Part shown: one piece after another, positions 22,685 to 35,700 of the stretch | Position numbering within the stretch: position 1 is the stretch's first letter | Layout of the letters: each line of letters starts with the position of its first letter | From: Chrysemys picta bellii | Lineage: Eukaryota | DNA length: 64,000 nt | Direction of reading: 5' to 3' | Assembly: GCF_011386835.1 (NCBI RefSeq) | Contig: NC_088794.1 | Location: 1,922,001 to 1,986,000, forward strand | The notes under the pieces: generated by a model | The model's input: the letters and a program-made list of their open reading frames with translations, nothing else | What the model was told of the DNA's origin: nothing | Databases searched by the model: none | Position numbers and translations under genes: made by a program

Positions 22685-25580
22685 CAGTGAAGGAGTCAGG
22701 GAACGGAGGAGGGATGCAGGATGGAGGGAAGCAGTCAGGGAATGGAGGAGGGATGCAGGATGGAGGGAAGCAGTCAGGGACCGGAGGAGGGATGCAGGAT
22801 GGAGGGAAGCAGTCAGGGACCGGAGGAGGGATGCAGGGATGGAGGAATGAGACAGGGACTGGAGGAGCAATGCAGGATGGAGGAATGAGACAGGGACTGG
22901 AGGAGCGATGCAGGGTGGAGGGAAGCAGTCAGGGAACGGAGGAGCAATGCAGGATGGAGGAATGAGACAGGGACCAGAGGAGGGATGCAGGATGAGGGAA
23001 GCAGTCACGGATTGGAGGAGGGATGCAGGGAAGGAGTCAGGGATGGAGGAAGGAGACAGGGATAGAAGAATGATAAAGGGAAAGAGACACTAGCATAGAA
23101 GGGATGGAGGAAAGGAAGCAGTGGAGGGAAGGAGGCAGTGCAGCAGAGGGATAGAAGCAGTGGAGGGATAGAGGGAAGGAGGCAGTGGCGGGAAGGAGGC
23201 AGTGGCAGTGGAGGGATGGGGGAAGGACGCAGTGGCAGCAGAGGGGTACAGGAATGGAAGCAGTGGAGGGATGGAGGTAAGGAGACAATGGCAGCGGAGG
23301 GATGGAGGCAGCGGAGGGATGGAGGCAGCGGAGGGATGGAAGGAAGGAGGCAGTGGCAGCGGAGGCAAGGAGGCAGTGGCAGCGGAGGGATGGGGGAAGG
23401 AGGCAGTGGCAGCAGAGGGATGGAGGCAGTGGCAGCGGAGGGATGGAAGCAGCGGAGGGAAGGAGGCAGTGTCAGCAGAGGGATGGAGGCAGTGGCAGCG
23501 GAGGGATGGGGGAAGGAGGCAGTGGCAGCGGAGGGATGGAGGCAGTGCAGCGGAGGGATGGGGGAAGGAGGCAGTGGCAGCAGAGGGATGGAGGCAGTGG
23601 CAGCGGAGGGATGGAAGCAGCGGAGGGATGGAGGCAGCGGAGGGATGGGGAAGGAGGCAGTGGCAGCGGAGGGATGGAGGCAGTGGCAGCGGAGGGATGG
23701 GGGAAGGAGGCAGTGGCAGCGGAGGGATGGAGGCAGTGGCAGCGGAGGGATGGGGGAAGGAGGCAGTGGCAGCGGAGGGATGGGGAAGGAGGCAGTGGCA
23801 GCAGAGGGATGGAGGCAGTGGCAGCGGAGGGATGGGGGAAGGAGGCAGTGGCAGCGGGAGGGATGGAAGCAGCGGAGGGAAGGAGGCAGTGGCAGCGGAG
23901 GGATGGAGGGAAGGAGGCAGTGGCAGCAGAGGGATGGAGGGATGGAAGCAGTGGAGGGAAGGAGGCAGTGGCAGCGGAGGGATGGAGGGAAGGAGGCAGT
24001 GGGAGCAGAGGGATGGAGGGATGGAAGCAGCGGAGGGAAGGTGGCAGTGTCAGTGGAGGGATGGGGGAAGGAGGCAGTGGCAGCGGAGGGATGGAGGCAG
24101 CGGAGGGAAGGAGGCAGTGGCAGCGGAGGGAAGGAGGCAGTGGCAGCGGAGGGATGGAGGCAGCGGAGGGAAGGAGGCAGCGGAGGGATGGAGGCAGTGG
24201 CAGCGGAGGGATGGAAGCAGCGGAGGGAGGAGGCAGCAGAGGGAAGGAGGCAGTGGCAGCGGAGGGATGGAAGCAGCGGAGGGAAGGAGGCAGCGGAGGG
24301 ATGGAGGCAGTGGCAGCGGAGGGAAGGAGGCAGTGGCAGCGGAGGGATGGAAGCAGCGGAGGGAAGGAGGCAGCGGAGGGATGGAGGGAAGGAGGCAGTG
24401 GCAGCGGAGGGAAGGAGGCAGCGGAGGGAAGGAGGCAGTGGCAGCGGAGGGATGGAGGCAGCGGAGGGAAGGAGGCAGTGGCAGCAGAGGGATGGAGGGA
24501 AGGAGGCAGTGGCAGCGGAGGGATGGAGGGATGGAAGCAGCGGAGGGAAGGAGGCAGCGGAGGGAAGGAGGCAGTGGCAGCAGAGGGATGGAGGGAAGGA
24601 GGCAGTGGCAGCGGAGGGATGGAGGGATGGAGGCAGTGGCAGTGGAGGGATGGAGGGAAGGAGGGCAGTGGCAGCGGAGGGATGGAGGCAGCGGAGGGAA
24701 GGAGGCAGTGGCAGCGGAGGGATGGAGGGATGGAAGCAGTGGAGGGATGGAGGCAGCGGAGGGAAGGAGGCAGTGGCAGCAGAGGGATGGAGGGAAGGAG
24801 GCAGTGGCAGCAGAGGGATGGAGGGAAGGAGGCAGTGGCAGCGGAGGGATGGAGGGATGGAGGCAGTGGCAGTGGAGGGATGGAGGCAGCGGAGGGATGG
24901 AGGCAGTGGCAGCGGAGGGATGGAGGCAGTGGCAATGGAGGGATGGAGGCAGCGGAGGGATGGAGGCAGTGGCAATGGAGGATGGAGGCAGCGGAGGGAA
25001 GGAGGCAGTGGCAGCGGAGGGATGGAGGCAGCGGAGGGATGGAGGCAGTGGCAATGGAGGGATGGAAGCAGCGGAGGGATGGAGGCAGAGGCAGCGGAGG
25101 GATGGAGGGAAGGAGGCAGTGGCAGCGGAGGGATGGAGGGATGGAAGCAGTGGCAATGGAGGGATGGAAGCAGCGGAGGGAAGGAGGCAGTGGCAGCGGA
25201 GGGATGGAGGCAGTGGCAATGGAGGGATGGAGGCAGCGGAGGAAGGAGGCAGTGGCAGCGGAGGATGGAGGCAGTGGCAATGGAGGGATGGAGGCAGCGG
25301 AGGGAAGGAGGCAGTGGCAGCAGAGGGAAGGAGGCAGCGGAGGGAAGGAGGCAGTGGCAGCGGAGGGAAGGAGGCAGTGGCAATGGAGGGATGGAGGCAG
25401 CGGAGGAAGGAGGCAGTGGCAATGGAGGGATGGAGGCAGCGGAGGGAAGGAGGCAGTGGCAGCGGAGGGAAGGAGGCAGTGGCAATGGAGGGAAGGAGGC
25501 AGTGGCAGCGGAGGGAAGGAGCAGTGGCAATGGAGGGATGGAGGCAGCGGAGGGAAGGAGGCAGTGGCAGCGGAGGGATG
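22685..25580. repeat. Purine-rich low-complexity tandem repeat (GGAGGCAGTGGCAGCGGAGGGAT variants) in a TLCD3B intron
   Basis: Directly visible. It produces the 800-aa pseudo-ORFs in several frames. Confidence 0.97.
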
Positions 25581-26171
25581 CAGCCATGCACTGGCTCATG
25601 AGGCAGAGGCTTGGAGGGCCCGTTTGTCAGGCCGAGGCAGCGGGCGGGGGGCAATGGGGTGTCCGTGCCGGCTGCTTAGCCTGGGTGGGTGGGACGTGCG
25701 AGGCCGGGGAGCAGCCTGCCCTGGTGGGCCACGCACAGCCCTGGGGGGGAGGGGGGGCCGCGAGGAGGGCAGCGGGCAGCTAGTGGGGGTGTTGGGGGGT
25801 AGTGCTGGGGAGTTGGCTGCTCTGGACAAGGATGGCCAGGGTTAGAGACTGCGGAGGGGTGACCTGGATGCCTTTGGCTTGGATTCCTGTGGGGGAGGGG
25901 GCCCCCTGGAGTCTGGGATCCCCGTGGGGGAGGGGCCCCCCAGAGGCTGGGGATCCCCCCACCTCTGCTCACAGCAGCACACCTGAGGGGATTTCAATGC
26001 AGTGACTTGGGACACCAGCTGGGCCATGTGCTCCCCCAGCAGCTCTCGCTAGGCCCCTCTGCACCCCACAGATTGCGGAGCAGCACTTATGGGCACAGAC
26101 CCTGGTGCCTCGGGCTGGCTGCCGGGGGGCTGTGGGTCGGCTCCCGTTAACCTCTCCTCCCTCCCCTGCAG

Positions 26172-26255
26172 GCTGGTCTCCTCCATCCAAGCCATCATGG
26201 CCTCCACAGCCGGATACATCATTTTCAGCTCCTGCCAGCACGTTATCGATGACCA
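26172..26255 (+). CDS. TLCD3B: TLCD3B exon 2 (LVSSIQAIMASTAGYIIFSSCQHVIDDQ); downstream exons not found
   Basis: Acceptor CCCTGCAG|, donor CA|GTGAGT. Matches human LVSSVQAIMASTAGYIVSTSCKHIIDDQ. Confidence 0.95.
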
Positions 26256-26690
26256 GTGAGTCAGCCCCCGGCCTGGCCCCCGCTCCCTCCCGGCCTGGCC
26301 TGCTCTCCCTGTTCCCCCCTGGCCTGGCCCCCGCTTCCCCCCCGCACATGGCCTAGCCCGCTCCCCCCCCCCCCGGCCCGGCCTACTTCCCCGGGCAGCC
26401 TGGCAGCAGGGCAGAGCGCTGGCGCTGCCCTTCCCAGGCCAGGTCCTGCCCCCCCAATGCCCAGCACCCCACAGGGCTGAGGAGACGGGCTGAGAGTGAC
26501 AGGGCCATGCTAGAGGCTGAGAGGGCTGTGGGGGGCGGGGGGCTCTGGCTAGGCCCTGCAGCAGCGTTGGCCTCCAGCCACTAGGAGTGCTGTGGGGAGG
26601 GGGCGGGGCACTGGCTCCAGGGGCAGCTCCCGGCCGCTCGGGGCCCGGCCTCGCCCAGCGGGGGGCGCTGTGAGGAGCGAGGCTGCGGTC

Positions 26691-26750
26691 TCCCCTGTCT
26701 ATGGTGCTGAAGGGCCTGTGGCTGCTTTGTTCAGCACAGTGGACAGGGCC
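26691..26750. promoter_or_regulatory. Pair of RE1/NRSE (REST)-like sites in opposite orientation
   Basis: Minus TTCAGCACCATAGACAGGGGA (26711-26691) and plus TTCAGCACAGTGGACAGGGCC (26730-26750), compared with consensus TTCAGCACCACGGACAGCGCC. Confidence 0.6.
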
Positions 26751-28229
26751 CTTTCCATGGGCTCCTTTAAGAGATTCCGGGCTAGGACCCACTATGGTGG
26801 AGGAGGGCTGGAGCCAGGACTCCTGGGTTCTATTCCTAACTCCTCTATGGAGAGCAGAGTGGGTAGGCTGGACACTGCCCCCTCCTGGCGCTGGGCAGCA
26901 GAATGTCCAGGAGGCTCCAGCCCCCTGCGCCATCCCCTCCCTGTGTCGCTGGCCTGTCCGCCTTCCTCCCCAGCGCTGAGCCGGAATTAGCCCCCGCCCG
27001 CTCCTGGGAGCACAGATGGGGCCAGCCAGCTAATCCCCTCGGCCTGACCTGGCAGCTGGGACAGCTCGGGCAGCCAGGACTCCTGGGTTCTCCTGGCTCT
27101 GGGAGGGGTGTGGGGCTGGTGGTTAGAGCGGGCGGGGGAGGTGAAGCCAGGACTCCTGGGTTCTCCTGGCTCTGGGAGGGGAGGGGGGGCTAGTGGTTAG
27201 AGCTGGGATTGGGCTGGAAGCCTGAACTCCTGGTTCTATCCCAGCTCTATGAATGCGGTGCCCCCCCCCAGGCTGTGTTCCTACAAGGACCCCCCGCACC
27301 CTGTCACACTCCAGCTGACTGAGAGATGAGGGCTGGTTTCCATGGCAGCTGCCCCCGCCCCCCCCGCCCCATCCCCACACTGCACCTGGAGCCTGCAGAG
27401 TCCTGAGCCTCTGACAGGCGCTCATGGGCTTGGGTCGGGGTGAGAGGAAAGCATCATGGGAAATCTTACACACACCTGGTTCTATCCCAGCTCCGCATCA
27501 TGGGCTGGGGACTAGACCGGCCCCTGCTGGCCGAGCCCTGGGCCCCTGCCCCCCACTCTGCTGGTACCCCTCACTCCCGACCCGCAGCCCCTGCCAGCCC
27601 AGCCCTGCCCCCACCCGCTCTGCCGGTGCCCCTCACTCCCGACCCGCAGCCCCTGCCCCCCCCCCCGCTCTGCCGGTGCCCCTCACTCCCGACCCGCAGC
27701 CCCTGCCAGCCCAGCCCTGCCCCCCCCCCCCGCTCTGCCGGTGCCCCTCACTCCCGACCCGCAGCCCCTGCCAGCCCAGCCCTGCCCCCCCCGCTCTGCG
27801 GTGCCCCTCACTCCTGACCCACAGCCCCAGAATCCTTTGTCCCACTGCAGCATCCTGGGCTGCGGCTCTGGCATGGGGCCTAATCAGCTCACACTGGGCA
27901 GAGGCCTCTGTCAGCACAATTTGGCAGCAGGACTGCAGCATGGGGGTGGGGTGCAGGTGGAGGGGCTGGGCGTGGGAGGAGGGACAGGGCATAGGGCTGG
28001 GCTAGCACGGGGGTGCGGGTCGGGAGTGGGGGCACCGGCAGAGCTGGGGGTGGCCCAGGGCTGGGCTAGCAGGGGGCTGCGGGGCAGGAGTGAGGGGCAC
28101 GGGCAGAGATCGGGGGGCCCAGGGCTGGGCTAGCAGGGGCTGCGGGTCGGGAGTGAGGGGCACCGGCAGAGCTGCGGGGGAGCAGGGCTGTGGGTCATGG
28201 TTGTGGCTGCCCCGTGGGCTGGAGGGGGG

Positions 28230-29380
28230 GAGGTGCCGGGCTCTGAGGGGGGAGGCGCTGGGCTCAGGCTCGCGGGGGGGCGGGACACGCTGGGCTCGGG
28301 CTCTGGGGGAGGTGCCAGGCTCCAGATGGGGGAGGTGCTGGGCTTGGTGGGGGGGGGCGCCGGGCTCTGCGGGGGGGCGCTGGGCTCAGGCTTGGGGGGT
28401 GGCACTGGGCTCAGGCTCGGGGGGGGGTGCCGGGCTCTGGGGGGGTGGCACTGGCTCAGGCTTGCGGGGGGCGCTGGGCTCAGGCTCTGGGAGGGGGGAG
28501 ATGCCAGGCTCTGAGGGGGGAGGCGCTGGGCTCAGGCTCGGGGGGGGGGGAGATGCCAGGCTCTGAGGGGGGAGGCGCTGGGCTCAGGTTCGGGGGGGGG
28601 GAATGCCAGGCACTGAGGGGGAGGCGCTGGGCTCAGGCTCGGGGGGGGGGGAGATGCCAGGCTCTGAGGGGGGTGGCACTGGGCTCAGGCTCGGGGGGGG
28701 GCGCTGGGCTCAGGTTCGGGGGGGGGGGAATGCCAGGCTCTGAGGGGGGAGGCGCTGGGCTCAGGCTCGGGGGAGGGGGGGAGATGCCAAGCTCTGAGGG
28801 GGGAGGCGCTGGGCTCAGGCTCGGGGGGGGGGGGAGATGCCAGGCTCTGAGGGGGGAGGCGCTGGGCTCAGGCTCGGGGGAGGGGGGGAGATGCCAAGCT
28901 CTGAGGGGGGAGGCGCTGGGCTCAGGCTCGGGGGGGGGGGAGATGCCAGGCTCTGAGGGGGAGGCGCTGGCCTCAGGCTCGGGGGGGGGAGGGAGGGGCC
29001 AGGCTCTGAGGGGGGAGGCGCTGGGCTCAGGTTCGGGGGGGGGGGGAATGCCAGGCTCTGAGGGGGGAGGCGCTGGGCTCAGGCTCGGGGGGGGGGAGAT
29101 GCCAGGCTCTGAGGGGGGGAGGCGCTGGGCTCAGGCTCGGGGGGGGGGGAGATGCCAGGCTCTGAGGGGGGAGGCGCTGGGCTCAGGCTCGGGGGGGGGG
29201 AGATGCCAGGGCTCTGAGGGGGGAGGCGCTGGGCTCAGGCTCGGGGGGGGAGGGAGGGGCCAGGCTCTGAGGGGGGAGGCGCTTGGGCTCAGGTTCGGGG
29301 GGGGGGGGATGCCAGGCTCTGAGGGGGGAGGCGCTGGGCTCAGGCTCGGGGGGGGGGGAGATGCCAGGCTCCAGAGGGGG
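28230..29380. repeat. G-rich minisatellite (GATGCCAGGCTCTGAGGGGGGAGGCGCTGGGCTCAGGCTCGGGGGGGG)
   Basis: About 20 tandem copies. Confidence 0.95.
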
Positions 29381-29730
29381 GAGGGTGCGTCCCCTCTGAC
29401 CTTGCAGCAGCTGTTGCCCGTCAATACTCCATCGATCCTCCCCGTCCCACCCACGAGGCCACGGTGCCGCCACGCCCCCCTGCCCCGCGCTCGCCAGCCT
29501 GAGCCCCACACACAACTCCCCCCCCAGTCCCTGGCACCCCCCAGCACTGCCCCCCTTCCCCAGCAGCCACCCATACCTTCCCTGCCCTGTGTGCCACCCC
29601 TGTCCCCTGTCCCCCCAGCACCCCCATACCTTCCCCTGCCCTGTGTGCTACCCCGGCCCCTGGCCCCCCAGCAGCCACCCATACCTTCCCTGCCCTGTGT
29701 GCCACCCCTGTCCCCTGTCCCCCCAGCAGC

Positions 29731-30230
29731 NNNNNNNNNNNNNNNNNNNNNNNNNNNNNNNNNNNNNNNNNNNNNNNNNNNNNNNNNNNNNNNNNNNNNN
29801 NNNNNNNNNNNNNNNNNNNNNNNNNNNNNNNNNNNNNNNNNNNNNNNNNNNNNNNNNNNNNNNNNNNNNNNNNNNNNNNNNNNNNNNNNNNNNNNNNNNN
29901 NNNNNNNNNNNNNNNNNNNNNNNNNNNNNNNNNNNNNNNNNNNNNNNNNNNNNNNNNNNNNNNNNNNNNNNNNNNNNNNNNNNNNNNNNNNNNNNNNNNN
30001 NNNNNNNNNNNNNNNNNNNNNNNNNNNNNNNNNNNNNNNNNNNNNNNNNNNNNNNNNNNNNNNNNNNNNNNNNNNNNNNNNNNNNNNNNNNNNNNNNNNN
30101 NNNNNNNNNNNNNNNNNNNNNNNNNNNNNNNNNNNNNNNNNNNNNNNNNNNNNNNNNNNNNNNNNNNNNNNNNNNNNNNNNNNNNNNNNNNNNNNNNNNN
30201 NNNNNNNNNNNNNNNNNNNNNNNNNNNNNN
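29731..30230. other. Assembly gap (500 N)
   Basis: Run of N of fixed placeholder size, flanked by VNTRs. Confidence 1.
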
Positions 30231-32010
30231 TCACACAAACCCCTCCCCCACCGTGTGACCCTCCCCTCACACAAACCCCTCCCCCACCGTGTGACCCTCC
30301 CCTCACACAAACCCCTCCCCCACCGTGTGACCCTCCCCTCCCCCGGACCCCTCCCCTCACAGAAACCCCTCCCCCACCGTGTGACCCTCCCTTCGCCGGG
30401 ACCCCTCCCCTCACAGAAACTCCTCCCCCACCGTGTGACCCTCCCCTCACACAAACCCCTCCCCCACCGTGTGACCCTCCCCTCGCCCGGACCCCTCCCC
30501 TCACAGAAACCCCTCCCCCACCATGTGACCCTCCCCTCACACAAACCCCTCCCCCACCGTGTGACCCTCCCCTCGCCCGGACCCCTCCCCCACCGTGTGA
30601 ACCTCCTCTCGCCCAGACCCCTCCCCTCACAGAAACCCCTCCCCCACCGTGTGACCCTCCCTTCGCCGGGACCCCTCCCCTCACAGAAACTCCTCCCCCA
30701 CCGTGTGACCCTCCCCTCGCCCGGACCCCTCCCCTCACAGAAACCCCTCCCCCACCGTGTGACCCTCCCCTCGCCCGGACCCCTCCCCTCACAGAAACCC
30801 CTCCCCCACCGTGTGACCCTCCTTCGCCGGGACACCTCCCCTCACAGAAATCCCTCCCCCACCGTGTGACCATCCCCTCGCCCGGACCCCTCCCCTCACA
30901 GAAACCCCTCCCCCACCGTGCGATCCTCCCTTCGCCGGGACCCCTCCCCTCACAGAAACCCCTCCCCAACCGTGTGACCCTCCCCTTGCCCGGACCCCTC
31001 CCCTCACAGAAACCCCTCCCCCACCGTGTGACCCTCCCCTCGCCGGGACCCCTCCCCTCACACAAACCCCTCCCCCACCGTGTGACCCTCCCCTCGCCCG
31101 GACCCCTCCCCTCACACAAACCCCTCCCGTCGCCAGGACCCCTCCCCCACCGTGTGACCCTCCCCTCGCCAGGACCCCCTCCCCTCACAGAAACCCCTCC
31201 CCCACCGTGTGACCCTCCCCTCGCCGGGACCCCTCCCCCACCGTGTGACCCTCCCCTCTCCGGGACCCCTCTCCTCACAGAAACCCCTCCCACACCATGT
31301 GACCCTCCCCTCGCCGGGACCCCTCCCCTCATACAAACCCCTCCCCCACCGTGTGATCCTCCCCTTGCCTGGACCCCTCCCCTCACACAACCCTCTCCCC
31401 CACCGTGTGACCCTCCCCTCGCCGGGACCCCTCCCCTCACAGAAACCCCTTCCCCACCGTGTGACCCTCCCCTTGCCTGGACCCCTCCCCTCACACAACC
31501 CTCTCCCCCACCGTGTGACCCTCCCCTCACAGAAACCCCTTCCCCACCGTGTGACCCTCCCCTCGCCGGAACCCCTCCCCTCACACAACCCTCTCCCCCA
31601 CCGTGTGACCCTCCACTCGCCGGGACCCCTCCCCTCACACAAACCCCTCCCCTCACACAAACCCCTCCACCACCATGTGACCCTCCCCTCGCCCGGACCC
31701 CTCCCCCACCATGTGACCCTCCCCTCGCCCGGACCCCTCCCCTCACAGAACCCACTCCCCCATCGTGTGACCCTCCCCTCGCCGGGACCCCCTCCCCTCA
31801 CAGAAACCCCTCCCCCACGGTGTGACCCTCCCCTCGCCCGGACCCCTCCCCTCACACAAACCCCTCCCCCACCGTGTGACCCTCCCCTCGCCCGGACTTC
31901 TCCCCTCACAGAAACTCCTCCCCCAACGTGTGACCCTCCCCTCGCCGGGACCCCTCCCCTCACAGAAAGCCCTCCCCCACCGTGTGGCCCCCTCCCTCAC
32001 GATCCTCCCC
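30231..32010. repeat. C-rich minisatellite (CCCCACCGTGTGACCCTCCCCTCGCCCGGACCCCTCCCCTCACAGAAAC)
   Basis: More than 30 tandem copies. Confidence 0.96.
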
Positions 32011-32789
32011 TCACAGGGACCCCTCCCCCATTATTTGACCGTCCCCTTCCGGGATCCCTCCACCACTGTGACACTCCCCTTACAGGGCTCCCTTCCCCTA
32101 CCATGTGGCCCCTTCCCCCACCACGTGACCCCTCCCCCACCTATATGATTCCTCCCCTCATAGGAACCCCGCCCACACCGGGTGATCCTTCCCTCATAGG
32201 AACCCCGTCCCCAACATGTGACCCCCTTCCCCACCTCCTCCCCTCAGAGGGACCACTCCCCTACCAACGCATGACCCTCCCTTCAGAGGAACCCCTCCCC
32301 CACCTTCCCTCTCAGAGACCCTGCCTCCCCCACCCCTCACAGAGACTCTCCTCCACTGCACTCCTCCCCCACTCTGTGACCCCTCCCCTCACAGAGAGCC
32401 CCACACCCACTGCCCTCCCATCTCATGATCCCTCAGAGAGACCCTCTCCCCGTGACCCCACTCTTCAGAGAGAACCCCTCCCCCACCCCTCTGCTCTTTC
32501 ACCCCATGACCCCTTCCTAGCCCTGTGACCCCTCCCCCACCCCACTGTGGGCTACCGTCCCACTGCTCCATACAACACAGCACCCTCCCCCTCCCTGCCT
32601 AGACCCTCCTCCCCAGGTCCCCCACTGCCTGGGGTGGAGGGGAGACTGTTCCACTGGGATGATCAGCAACAAAAGTGGCCATCATTAGGGACCAGAGTTA
32701 ACTCCCACACTGATGAGGCAGGTATTTCCCATCCCCTCCCCCGTCCCGTCTCCCATGGCTCCTCTGACCCACCTCTCCTCTCACATTAG

Positions 32790-35700
32790 CAGAGTCACAC
32801 ACAGAATCCCCTCCAGGTCGGGGCCGAAATCCAGTCCCGGTTTTTCGCCTCCCAGGGCTGCACCCAGAGCCCCTTCCAGGTGAGCAAATGCGGGGGCCAT
32901 GGGGTGCTGGGTCAGATATTTCCCCAGGGCAGGGCACTAGCTGGAATGGGACTTGGGGCCTTTCCCCTCTAGGGGGCGCCATTGAAATCCATCTCCAGAA
33001 GTGGCTGCATCTCATCCCGGTAGAGTTTAGTCCAGCAGAAACACTCTGCTCTCGTTAGCTTGACATTGTTCTCAGGAGTTATCGTAAAGCCTGTTCACAA
33101 ATGGCAAAGCAAGAACAGTATGGCTCAGAAAGAACGTATTTGCAGAAATATCTCGATTAAGGACCAAATTGGTTACAAAAATTCCCATGATAGATTTCCT
33201 TAACTGTGTCCTGCAGTTCATAATTGCATCTGATTGGATTATACAATTTCTAATTGATTATGCCATCTTCCTACTTGGATATGTGATCACTTACATGAAG
33301 TACCGAGCAACGGGGCTTGGGGATCACAGTAAGGTTACTCACGAAAAACAGGACAAGGAATTAACTTTAAATAAACAAAGATTTCTACAAATTGCTTTTT
33401 GCTAGTTAGAGCCAGTCTCGTCAGGTTTCGCTGGTTCGACCCAGCAATCTGACTGACACTTGCTCTGTCTCATGATAGACATCCCTGCCTCCAAAGTCGT
33501 CGACACCTTTATTTTTAGGAGTGTAAATTGACCCATTGAAATTAGTAAGAGGTTTTCATGCTAAAATAAGGCTCGTGCATAAATCTCCAGAGGAGTGGGG
33601 CCCTAGATGGTCAGAATAAAGTTAAGAGAGTTTTTTGGGCTTGAATTTCCTAGTTGTTTTCCTCAATTAAAATGAAATGAGCGGGGTTTGGGTTGAAATT
33701 TCTCCCAGTTTATTTTTGTAAATAATTTATTTGAAAAAGTGAGAAATTCCAGCACAATCTTTAACTTAACAGAGTTCATTGTTTCAGAATTTCTCCAGGG
33801 AAATAAGCCAAGGAAGCTTGATGTGTGTGGGAATTGGGTGGGTTTTCAAAAAATATATATAATCTGATTAGACATTTTACATTATAGATCTAATATAATT
33901 CTGTATGTATTACGAAAAAGTGCACTCAAAATATGTAAGGTCATATATTACATTATATTGTTTTTCTCATTATTTGTCCTTAATTAAGTTTTAAAAAATT
34001 GGGTTGGAATTTCTCATTTCATTTTGAAAATGGTACATTGAATTTTTTTGATCTAAAACATCCCAGTTGTTTTAAATTTTTGTGTATATATATATATATA
34101 TATATAAAAGGAGATTTCTTAATTGAAATGTGTTTCTCCCCCCTCCCCCCCCGTAAATATTTCACTTTATCTTTTAGCAAATGCGAAATTGCAGCTCCAG
34201 TATTTTGAATTTATTGAAAAACCCTTCAAATCTCTAGGACAAACTAACCCTGTCTCTTGGTTATTTTAAAGACCAGTATTTTTGTTGTGCTGGATTTTCC
34301 CCAGATTGTATTAAAATAAATCTTCAAAAATTTTTGCGCTGGAATTTTTTTTACAGATAACAAATTGTTTGGTTTCTTCAGTTGTTGTTGGGGAGGCAAA
34401 AGTTTTTTTCCAGGTATTTTTAAATAATTAAAATGAAATCTGATGCCGTTGGCTTTGAATTACAACGTCACAGGGCTTGAAACAAAAGGAAGTGATCACA
34501 CTTGTGTCGGGCCAGAATTCCCGGGTTAAAGAAATACAAGAAGAGGCTTTGCTCATGTCTTGCTATCCCATAACGTGAGGAAGCTTCCGGAGCGTGGAAC
34601 TTCCCAGGGCTCGTTTGTTTCTTTGTCATTAATGCAATGAAGAGGCTTTTGTCTCTGTTAACGAAGTTTTGGGGACTGGAATTTCCCAGGATTTTCAATG
34701 GAAAATCCAAAGCTTTGGGGGCTGGAATTTGCCCTGGTTGGTTTTGACCGTGATGCCCCTTCTGAGTCTGCCCCCGCCTCCCTCTAACCCCCTCTCCCTC
34801 CCCCGCAGGCTGCCGCCGCGGCGCCCCCGCCACCCGCTCCAGCCACCTCTGCTGATTCCCTGCAGGTGGACCTGCTCCCGGTGCTGGCGGCCGCCCAGGA
34901 GACGGCAGCGGCCGCGGCGGTGGTGGCGGCTGCCACGGCCTCAGCTCCAGCGGCCTCCACTGTGGACACGGCAGCCCTGAAACAGCCGCAGCCGGGGCCC
35001 GAGGGGAGTGGGGGACAGGTGGCCCCAGCCCCACAGGCCACCTCCCAGCCCCCCCCGGCCCAGCCGCCCGCGCCGCCCCCGCCCAGCGAGGCCCAGAAGA
35101 AGTCGAAGAGCAAGGGGCCGTACATCTGCTCGCTCTGCGCCAAGGAGTTCAAGAACGGCTACAATCTCCGGCGCCACGAGGCCATCCACACGGGCGCCAA
35201 GGCCGCCCGCGCCAGCCCCGCCGCCATGAAGATGCCCACCATGGTGCCCCTCAGCCTGCTAAGTGTCTCAGCCCTGGGGGCGGGCGGGGGCGGGGCGGCG
35301 CCGGGGGCGGAGGGGGGCGGGGCGGCGGGGCTGGTGACCACCACGGCCTCTGGCAAGCGGATCCGGAAGAACCACGCCTGCGAGATGTGCGGCAAGGCCT
35401 TCCGTGACGTCTACCACCTCAACCGGCACAAGCTGTCGCACTCGGACGAGAAGCCCTACCAGTGCCCCGTGTGCCAGCAGCGCTTCAAGCGCAAGGATCG
35501 CATGAGCTACCACGTGCGCTCGCACGACGGCGCTGTGCACAAGCCCTACATCTGCAGCCACTGTGGCAAGAGCTTCTCCCGGTACGGCCGTCGCGGGGCG
35601 GGGGGAGCCGAGCGGGGCGCGGGCTGGGTGCAGGGGGGCTGCAGGGGCGTTGCCAAGCCGTGACCTGTATTTGCTCCCCCCGTAGGCCGGACCATCTCAA

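Noticed and set aside
23005-25845. 800-880 aa ORFs in three frames
   Set aside because: A low-complexity purine-rich intronic repeat that lacks stop codons by composition.
28427-31825. 1132-aa ORF spanning the gap
   Set aside because: An artefact of VNTRs plus Ns translated as X.
32960-32982. CTCF-like motif CCTCTAGGGGGCGCC
   Set aside because: A single imperfect match in very GC-rich DNA, not distinguishable from chance without data.
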